IMG/VR virus record: IMGVR_UViG_3300046318_000369
Span: 1-63,785 of that record
Strand: one strand, 5' to 3'
Source of the DNA: a virus
Lineage: Duplodnaviria; Caudoviricetes
Length of the DNA: 63,785 nucleotides
Shown: positions 45,017 to 51,717 of the stretch, piece by piece
Numbering within the stretch: position 1 is the stretch's first letter
Layout of the letters: every line of letters begins with the position of its first letter
Notes under the pieces: generated by a model
Told to the model about the DNA's origin: nothing
The model's database searches: none
The model's input: the letters and a program-made list of their open reading frames with translations, nothing else
Translations under genes and position numbers: made by a program

Positions 45017-45448
45017 CGCTAGCAATAGTTCTATTTTTGCACGAATAATTTTGTTAGACAATGAAGTTTTAACTCCCTGGTGCAACGGCTTCGGCCATTG
45101 ATCAAACCCTACCCACGCATATCCTGAATGCTCGTTATTAAGCTTTGGTATAAATTCTTTTTCGACTAACAGTAAGTACGTGTTATATTGAAAATTTTGA
45201 TCGTTGCTAACAAATAATTCCAACGGAATTATCTTTTCAATTGACGAAGTTTTTCCAACTTCCTCAGAAATTTCTCTAGTAAGGGTATCTACGGGTGTAA
45301 TATCGCTAGGTTCTTTTTTTCCTCCTACTAGTCCCCAGGTTCCTGCTGTTTTACCCTGTGTCCTTAGTAAAAATAAAAACCTTTTAGTATCTTTAGAGAA
45401 AAATAGCCCCCCGCTGCACGTTATTTGATTTATAAAACTAGTCTCCAT
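45008..45448 (-). CDS. NUDIX hydrolase
   Basis: WGLVGGKKE...TLTREISEEVG Nudix box; LNNEHSGYAW. Confidence 0.88.
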   Translation of the reverse strand: METSFINQITCSGGLFFSKDTKRFLFLLRTQGKTAGTWGLVGGKKEPSDITPVDTLTREISEEVGKTSSIEKIIPLELFVSNDQNFQYNTYLLLVEKEFIPKLNNEHSGYAWVGFDQWPKPLHQGVKTSLSNKIIRAKIELLLALL

Positions 45449-46827
45449 ACCTGTTTATCGTATATACCTTCGTACGTTTTGGACCATGCTCCTTGGTCCC
45501 ATTTATACTGAGTTCCTGTATACGAATTAGTTATGTAAATAATTTCACTAATAGCGGCAGAATTGAAAACAACAGACCATGAACTTCCGTTCCATTCTAT
45601 AATATCATTTGCATGTGCTTGAAAATCTGAATTATCATTATTTTTCCAAGCATCTGGACCATCATACCCTACATTTCCAAAAGCTGAATTTACATTTATA
45701 TCTTCTAATATTAAGAATCGTGTGCCTGCTGATAAATTTATAGGTTTATAAGTTTCTGGATTTATAACAGCATCTACTGTTCCTCTGCCTAATATTACAG
45801 TGTTACTAGGAATGGTATCTGTGTCAATATTTAAAATCATAGAAAAATCATCAGCTGGATTTAAACTGATATATGCAATAACTTCACTATCATCTGGTTG
45901 CGTAAATCTCAACTGACTTAACCCTGCTCTAAATTTACCAGGATATAAATCCAACAGCTTATGCCACGACGCAACATTTCCCGGCGAACTGATATCTATT
46001 TCTTCACCGCGTCCGTTAGATTTAATTAATCTCGCAGTGTTATTTAAAACTAATAAATCGTAATTTCCTGGAGTTACAACTATTGATGTATCAGGGCTAA
46101 TATTGCCAAAAAGTTCAGCTGCTCCATCTTTATCATAGCTAGAGTTAATGACTCCGTTACCGACTGCATATACATTAGAAATAATTTTTGTGATAATTCC
46201 TAATTTTTTAACTTTAGCAGGCGGCGTAATCCATACAGGTGCTGTAAAAGTCATTGTAAGTATATCTATATCTTCGCTAACTCCTTGGGGAATAGTCCTT
46301 GAGCTCCAAACTTGTCCTGCTAAATCTAACACACTTAACGAAGTCCAATCTACATAATTATCTGTAGTTTGTATCTCAAAACTAGGATTGAATAATACAG
46401 ATAATTGCTCCCATATTTGAAATTTCATATCTGTATTAGTTGTCCAAATATCTGCGGCAAAAGTAATAACCCACGGACTAGGCATTATTCTTTCTACTGT
46501 ATAGTTACTACCTTGAGTATTTAGATATTCCTGTCCTGCCTCGTCCCATGCCCTCTCTCTAATATGTATCTTACTAACAAATGTAGGGTCTTGCATACGA
46601 GGGCGATCGAATTGCAAGTCTTTGATATAACATGCAATAAATGGTGCACTAGGAATTGTGTTTTCACTATTCTTTTTAAGAATTTGCGAAACTTGTCTAG
46701 TCATGTCTCCATACCTAACAGGCACTTGAGTTAACTGACCTTTAGCATCTTTGTAAGCAAAGTTGCTCATTACATTCATGAATTGTGTAAGATATCTTCT
46801 TACTTGCGCGTCATAAAACCAATCTAT
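45430..46827 (-). CDS. Tail completion / sheath stabiliser, T4 gp15-like, with non-canonical or unresolved start
   Basis: VPVRYGD, PSPWVITFAADIWT and QIWEQLSVLFNPS motifs. The frame stays open upstream of ATG 46779 through DWFYDAQVRRYLTQF, preceded only by ATA/ATT. Confidence 0.7.
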   Translation of the reverse strand: MDWFYDAQVRRYLTQFMNVMSNFAYKDAKGQLTQVPVRYGDMTRQVSQILKKNSENTIPSAPFIACYIKDLQFDRPRMQDPTFVSKIHIRERAWDEAGQEYLNTQGSNYTVERIMPSPWVITFAADIWTTNTDMKFQIWEQLSVLFNPSFEIQTTDNYVDWTSLSVLDLAGQVWSSRTIPQGVSEDIDILTMTFTAPVWITPPAKVKKLGIITKIISNVYAVGNGVINSSYDKDGAAELFGNISPDTSIVVTPGNYDLLVLNNTARLIKSNGRGEEIDISSPGNVASWHKLLDLYPGKFRAGLSQLRFTQPDDSEVIAYISLNPADDFSMILNIDTDTIPSNTVILGRGTVDAVINPETYKPINLSAGTRFLILEDINVNSAFGNVGYDGPDAWKNNDNSDFQAHANDIIEWNGSSWSVVFNSAAISEIIYITNSYTGTQYKWDQGAWSKTYEGIYDKQVWRLVL

Positions 46828-46842
46828 AATAGTACATCGGTA

Positions 46843-47095
46843 TTAAACCGAAGCCTCCTTTTCTATTTTTTGAAGTTTATTTTTTGCTCTACGATTTGCA
46901 GCACCTTCGACTCCATAAATTTCTTCCCACGTCATTCCTTTTTTCTTACCTTTATTAGCCATGCCTACTTTCTGTTTATGAGATTCGGAACAATTTTTCC
47001 CCTTCATAGGACCGCCATCTCTACGAGTCCATCCCCCCGTCTTTACCTATATAACACCTATCTGTTGGTATGTGTGTAAATTTATAGATATACAT
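46843..47095 (-). pseudogene. Degenerate GIY-YIG homing endonuclease with internal deletion and frameshift; NUMOD3-like tail
   Basis: MYIYKFTHIPTDRCYIGK (YIY...YIG), then a G6 run and early TAG. The shifted frame reads GWTRRDGGPMKGKNCSESHKQKVGMANKGKKKGMTWEEIYG...EASV*. Not in the ORF track. Confidence 0.8.
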
Positions 47096-47096
47096 T

Positions 47097-48290
47097 TTAA
47101 TTATCTGCTCTCGGTTTTAAGGCTTTACTCAATGCTTGACGTTCTTGTACAACTTCTCCTGCAATAGTAGCAGTAGTGGTATTGTTGATAAACGTACCTT
47201 TTTGTGTCTTTTTAACTTTATCTGGATCGGTAGTTTGAGTTTCTCCAGTTTGATTAATAGTCATTCTTACATTATCTTCAAATTTAATCCAATGTCTGCC
47301 ATCATATCTAAATAATCTGTTAGGAAGATAATCTGTCCTGAGATAAAATTGCCCTGTAATAGCAGACGATGGAAAAGTTATGCCAAATCCATAGGGTGCT
47401 CCGTTAGGAGGAACTGCATCGCCTGTTAAATATCCGACGTAGTAATTGTGATCAGGAGAATTTAATACAATGCTTGCATCAAATCCAGTGTTTTCTAAAC
47501 TTGCATCAATAGTAGCATCAGATGCATCTGCAACATCAACAGTTTCCATATTTTTCAATGGCACTACATATAAATGCTCAGTGTCGTATCCGCTTTTTCC
47601 TACATCTGTTTCAGCTTGTGCAATTATTTGATTATTAATATCTATGCTATTTTGGTATGTTGATAACAAATCTCTAATAGTGCCACCATCTTCTGCTCCT
47701 GACTCTTTGTCAAGAATTTCTTTAAATTCTTGAGTATCAACTAACGGAGCACATTTGGCTCTTAATAAATGAGGATACCAAGTCTGGCTGTATCCGCTAG
47801 CAGGTCGTGTTACTTCCGATATCACATAAAATCTTTTTAAGGCAACTAAACTATCGTCGAGCGCATACTCATCTTTCTGGTGTGGCAATTCAATAACATC
47901 ACCTGCCATAATTTTCCGTCCTACTGCTTCTACACTACCACGTAAATGGAAGGTTACCATTATATTATCATTTTGTAAAAATAGACCAAATTGGCTTAGA
48001 TTAAAATCTATATCTTGTAATGTATAAATTCCTCTTAACACATAAACATCTGTATCGTAATGTCTATCTCTATTCTCCATGAATAGTAAATCTTGAATGC
48101 CTAATTCAGGAATTTCTCCAGTATTATTAGGTAATGCTGGTGTACTAGTGCCTGCTTCGGGGTTAACTGGTCCGAGGTACTTATGAAGAAATACATCAGT
48201 TCCTCCGATTTGGAACTGTTGATAAATTGCACGATCCAAAAATTTAAAATCGTTGCCCTTTTCGGGTTTGTAAAGTGATAAGCGAGGCAT
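47097..48290 (-). CDS. Neck / head-closure protein, T4 gp14-like
   Basis: DLLFMENRDRHYD, DFNLSQFGLFLQND and GDVIELPH motifs; lies between gp13-like and gp15-like genes. Confidence 0.65.
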   Translation of the reverse strand: MPRLSLYKPEKGNDFKFLDRAIYQQFQIGGTDVFLHKYLGPVNPEAGTSTPALPNNTGEIPELGIQDLLFMENRDRHYDTDVYVLRGIYTLQDIDFNLSQFGLFLQNDNIMVTFHLRGSVEAVGRKIMAGDVIELPHQKDEYALDDSLVALKRFYVISEVTRPASGYSQTWYPHLLRAKCAPLVDTQEFKEILDKESGAEDGGTIRDLLSTYQNSIDINNQIIAQAETDVGKSGYDTEHLYVVPLKNMETVDVADASDATIDASLENTGFDASIVLNSPDHNYYVGYLTGDAVPPNGAPYGFGITFPSSAITGQFYLRTDYLPNRLFRYDGRHWIKFEDNVRMTINQTGETQTTDPDKVKKTQKGTFINNTTTATIAGEVVQERQALSKALKPRADN

Positions 48291-48297
48291 AGTCTTG

Positions 48298-48303
48298 TAT
48301 TTA
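48298..48303 (-). promoter_or_regulatory. Late promoter core TAAATA
   Basis: Minus-strand ATAAATA 7 nt before the ATG at 48290. Confidence 0.65.
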
Positions 48304-48939
48304 TTTAAGATTTAATTTACAATTATCACCGTGCCATCTAAAATAATTAGCGCCTGCAACAAGAACTCTGCAATAATTACAAGAATATTTTTTTCTATTT
48401 TTTGCCTTGGCAATAATTTTTTCGAGAGTATTAGTTGAATGTTTAATTCCTAAGTTCCACGCTCCTACTTTTTCAGCAGTCTCTTTTCGTTTTGCTGACA
48501 TTAACGATTTTTCTTCTTCGGAGCGTGGAATACCTTTATTCCACGCTTCTTTTCCCTTGTTTGCAAATGAAATTTTTTCTTTTGTTTTTAAAGGGGTAAT
48601 AATTCCTTTTCTTAAACTTCCGTATTTTAATCTCAGAGACTCATATATTTTAGAATTTGGCTTATATCTATCTTGTAAATCAGAACCTTTAACTAACATC
48701 CTCCAAAGTGCTCTTTGCATTTTGATTAAATTATCTCCTTCGACCATTTTAACTAACAACCAGTGACAAATAAAATGTTCTCGAGCAGTTAAAACTACTA
48801 AATTATATTTTTTATTGCTACCACCGAGACTTTTTGGAATTATATGATGTTTCTCAGTATAATTATTAACTAATGGTCTAGTCAATGCTTTATTAATTAT
48901 ATTGTTATACCAATGAGTATATTTGTTAGATAAATACAT
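48301..48939 (-). CDS. Free-standing HNH homing endonuclease with NUMOD3-like repeats
   Basis: EKHHIIPKSLGGSN...NLVVLTAREHFICHWLL; KEKISFANKGK and WNKG repeats; C-terminal CxxC...RWHGDNC. Start re-assigned to MYLSNKY, behind a GGAG RBS and late promoter. Confidence 0.9.
   Translation of the reverse strand: MYLSNKYTHWYNNIINKALTRPLVNNYTEKHHIIPKSLGGSNKKYNLVVLTAREHFICHWLLVKMVEGDNLIKMQRALWRMLVKGSDLQDRYKPNSKIYESLRLKYGSLRKGIITPLKTKEKISFANKGKEAWNKGIPRSEEEKSLMSAKRKETAEKVGAWNLGIKHSTNTLEKIIAKAKNRKKYSCNYCRVLVAGANYFRWHGDNCKLNLK
48931..48936 (+). promoter_or_regulatory. Candidate late promoter TAAATA for the neck gene
   Basis: ATAAATA on + strand overlapping the first HNH codons, 84 nt upstream of ATG 49021. 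Confidence 0.5.
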
Positions 48940-48953
48940 CTGCTGATGCTCCG

Positions 48954-49009
48954 TATAAGCGTTAGAGTAGTTGGGAATCCCCATTCCGCGAACTACAACA
49001 CTATTTATA
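48954..49009 (-). promoter_or_regulatory. Late promoter TATAAATA (49009-49002) plus structured leader of the HNH gene
   Basis: Minus strand: TATAAATA...GTAGTT-CGC-GGAAT-GGGG-ATTCC-C-AACTAC-TCTAACGCTTATA. Confidence 0.7.
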
Positions 49010-49020
49010 AAAAAATATCT

Positions 49021-49779
49021 ATGACTGAAAATGAAAACGAACGTCAAAAAATTGTAGATTATTGTTATACAATGCTAGGCGGATCCATGATTGACGTAGA
49101 GTTAGACCCTGCACATTATAATGTTGCAATTGACCGTGCCTTGAATAAATTTCGACAACGAAGCAGTAATGCAGTAGAGGAAAGTTTTGCGTTTTTAACT
49201 ATTGAAGTTGACAAAAACGATTATACCTTGCCTCAAGAAGTTACTAATGTTCGTCAAATTTTTAGACGCAGCATAGGTTCTAGATCGGGTGGGGGGCAAG
49301 GCGGCACATTGTTTGAACCGTTTAATCTTGCATATTCTAACACTTATTTGCTAACGGCTACAAACATGGGCGGATTGGCTACATATTATGCGTTTGCAAG
49401 TTATCAAAAGCAAGTTGGAAAAATGTTCGGAAGTGAAATTAACTTCACTTTTAACAAGACCACTAAGAAGCTTACCTTAATGCAACGCCCTCGAAGTGAA
49501 GAAGAGGTGCTACTTTGGGTGTACAACTATAGACCAGATTTTAATTTAATGCAAGATCCTTTTGCAAATCAATGGCTAAAAGATTACAGTTTAGCAACAT
49601 GCAAAATGATGCTAGGCGAAGCAAGAGAAAAGTTTAATCAAATTGCAAGTCCACAAGGCGGAACAAGCTTGAACGGAACTGCATTAAAAAGCGAAGCAAA
49701 GGCCGAGCTAGATGCATTGGAACTAGATCTAATAAATTACAAAGATGGTTCCACTCCACTTTCGTTTATCATAGGCTAA
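49021..49779 (+). CDS. Neck protein, T4 gp13-like
   Basis: DYCYTMLGGSMIDVELD, WLKDYSLATCKMMLGEAREKF, GGTSLNG and C-terminal PLSFIIG; start re-assigned to MTENEN. Confidence 0.85.
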   Translation: MTENENERQKIVDYCYTMLGGSMIDVELDPAHYNVAIDRALNKFRQRSSNAVEESFAFLTIEVDKNDYTLPQEVTNVRQIFRRSIGSRSGGGQGGTLFEPFNLAYSNTYLLTATNMGGLATYYAFASYQKQVGKMFGSEINFTFNKTTKKLTLMQRPRSEEEVLLWVYNYRPDFNLMQDPFANQWLKDYSLATCKMMLGEAREKFNQIASPQGGTSLNGTALKSEAKAELDALELDLINYKDGSTPLSFIIG

Positions 49780-49798
49780 CTTATGTAGTAGGATAAGA

Positions 49799-49804
49799 TA
49801 AATA
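49799..49804 (+). promoter_or_regulatory. Late promoter core TAAATA
   Basis: ATAAATA 5 nt before ATG 49810. Confidence 0.65.
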
Positions 49805-49809
49805 AAAGT

Positions 49810-50616
49810 ATGAAAAATATACTTTTGATTATTATCTCTAACGATGCATCCTACAATAAATCTGCTACTCGTTACCTATATAAGACTCATCCGGAGTTAT
49901 GGGATCAGATAGTAGAAAAAACTAACTTTTTACCTTATGATTCAATGCCTAAGCAACGAGTATGGCATATATTAAATGATGTATGGGAAATACCTAAATG
50001 TCCTATTGAAGGAGTTAATCTTAGATGGAATGAAAAAGCATATTTAGAAACATCTAGTCGCACCGCTAGAATAACAAGGCAACATCTGCGAGGGGATTTT
50101 AAAAATAGTTTCACAGACGAAGTAAATGAAAAACGCAAACAAGGAAATCTTAAAGCAGTTGCTACTGGTAGAAAATACAGATCTAAAGAAACCTATACCG
50201 CAGAACAAAAAGAAAAACAACGACAAACATTCCTTAAAAAATATGGTGTAGATAATCCTAGCAAACACCTTGATATAAGAAAAAAAATTTCTGATATACA
50301 AATACAAAATGGTGCAACGCCAAAACATCTAAGAAGTTTAAGACAATTGTATTATGATCGTGTGATATATTTTACAAAATTAAACTGGAAAGCAGAGTTT
50401 GATAAAATAAACTCTACTAGGCTAAATCGTAGTGAAGTAGATCTAGACCATATCTACAGTATACAACAGGGATTTAGAGACAGCATTCCGCCCTACATAA
50501 TTGGACATTGGACAAATCTTAGAATGTTAGAAAAAACTAAAAATTATTCAAAAGGTATGAGGTGCGACAAAACTCAAGATCAGTTATTTTATGATTTCTT
50601 TTCTACAATTTGTTAA
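49810..50616 (+). CDS. Putative free-standing HNH-type homing endonuclease
   Basis: TFLKKYGVDNPSK motif and C-terminal LDHIYSI...IIGHWTNLRML...NYSKG. Confidence 0.75.
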   Translation: MKNILLIIISNDASYNKSATRYLYKTHPELWDQIVEKTNFLPYDSMPKQRVWHILNDVWEIPKCPIEGVNLRWNEKAYLETSSRTARITRQHLRGDFKNSFTDEVNEKRKQGNLKAVATGRKYRSKETYTAEQKEKQRQTFLKKYGVDNPSKHLDIRKKISDIQIQNGATPKHLRSLRQLYYDRVIYFTKLNWKAEFDKINSTRLNRSEVDLDHIYSIQQGFRDSIPPYIIGHWTNLRMLEKTKNYSKGMRCDKTQDQLFYDFFSTIC

Positions 50617-50624
50617 TAAAAATA

Positions 50625-50653
50625 TTGACATTGTAGTATAACTGTAATAAATT
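50625..50653 (+). promoter_or_regulatory. Sigma70-like promoter for dNMP kinase
   Basis: TTGACA-N17-TAAATT, followed by GGAGG RBS. Confidence 0.65.
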
Positions 50654-50673
50654 ATAATATCCTCGGAGGTATT

Positions 50674-51327
50674 ATGATTGTAGGTTTTGTAGGGTTTATA
50701 GGCAGTGGTAAAGATACCGCCGCTGATTACTTGGTTAATTTTCACGAATTTAGACGCGATAGTTTTGCAAATACATTAAAGGACGCAGTTGCAGCAGTCT
50801 TTGGATGGGACCGTGTTTTACTAGAAGGTCGAACAGCAGAAGCAAGAGCTTGGAGAGAACAAAAAGACGAGTGGTGGTCAAATAGACTAGGCAAGGCCAT
50901 TACTCCTCGTTGGGTTCTACAATACTGGGGCACGGAAGTATGCAGAACTGGATTCCACGACGATATTTGGATTGCTAGTTTAGAAAATAAAATGAGAAAA
51001 ACTACAGATAATATTGTTATTAGTGATGTACGTTTTCCTAACGAAATTAAAGCAATTCACAACGCAGGCGGAATGGTTGTTCGTATTAAAAGAGGACAAG
51101 ACCCTGAATGGTATGATGCCGCAGCATCAGCTAATCGAGGACCAGTTGGAAATTCAAGTTGGTCTATTAGTTTAGAAAAACTTAAAAGATTAAATATCCA
51201 CGCTAGCGAAACTGCATGGGTAGGCGGCAATATTGATCATACGGTCTATAACGATAATTCAATTGACGGATTGTTTGATCAACTTAGAAGTCTGGTGTTA
51301 AATCTCCCTGTCGCCATGGCAGCTTGA
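50674..51327 (+). CDS. Deoxynucleoside monophosphate kinase, T4 gp1-like
   Basis: GFIGSGKDT P-loop, FANTLKD, TPRWVLQYWGTE, ISDVRFPNE, HASE. Confidence 0.93.
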   Translation: MIVGFVGFIGSGKDTAADYLVNFHEFRRDSFANTLKDAVAAVFGWDRVLLEGRTAEARAWREQKDEWWSNRLGKAITPRWVLQYWGTEVCRTGFHDDIWIASLENKMRKTTDNIVISDVRFPNEIKAIHNAGGMVVRIKRGQDPEWYDAAASANRGPVGNSSWSISLEKLKRLNIHASETAWVGGNIDHTVYNDNSIDGLFDQLRSLVLNLPVAMAA

Positions 51328-51622
51328 GTTTATGTAAGATTCGTTGACAGTTTGCACATACTGTTTTTAGATTAGCATATCTACAGTTTGCAGGATTACC
51401 GTCAACATAAAAGACATTAAATTGCTCACTATACTTTGATGTAAAGCCGCATTTATCGCATGCGGCTTTTTTCTTATAACCGGCTTTTTGCCAAAGAGGA
51501 ATACCCGACTTTCTTTTTTTCGCACAATGATCACATTTTGATCTATAGTATGGCTTTCCTTCTTTGTAGTAATTTACAGCTACCGGTCTATTTCCGCAGC
51601 ATTTACATATATTCCTAATCAT
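51284..51622 (-). CDS. Cys-rich zinc-finger protein with degenerate HNH-like fold
   Basis: Four CxxC pairs; VDGNPANCRYANLKTVCANC (catalytic His position not conserved); minus-strand TAAATA at 51654-51649. Confidence 0.75.
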   Translation of the reverse strand: MIRNICKCCGNRPVAVNYYKEGKPYYRSKCDHCAKKRKSGIPLWQKAGYKKKAACDKCGFTSKYSEQFNVFYVDGNPANCRYANLKTVCANCQRILHKLKLPWRQGDLTPDF

Positions 51623-51680
51623 ACGCCCTTTTAATACCCTTTTCGTAGTATTTAATCCGCGTTTTTTTTACAGGAAGTGG

Positions 51681-51686
51681 TAAATA
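51681..51686 (+). promoter_or_regulatory. Late promoter core TAAATA
   Basis: Upstream of AAGGAG RBS and ATG 51718. Confidence 0.75.
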
Positions 51687-51717
51687 ACTCAAAGTAATCC
51701 ATTAAGGAGACCATAGA

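Noticed and set aside
46783-47079. 98-aa plus-strand ORF in the track
   Set aside because: Antisense to the GIY-YIG remnant, Phe/Leu-rich shadow composition, no motif.
46824-47092. Group I intron in the gp15-like gene
   Set aside because: The ends fit U/...G/ rules, but nearly all ~270 nt is endonuclease-derived coding sequence and I see no P3-P7 core. Kept only as an untested alternative.
48940-49047. Extended N-termini of the HNH (49047) and neck (48946) ORFs
   Set aside because: The extensions overlap each other across a promoter/hairpin region; recognisable protein begins at 48939 and 49021.
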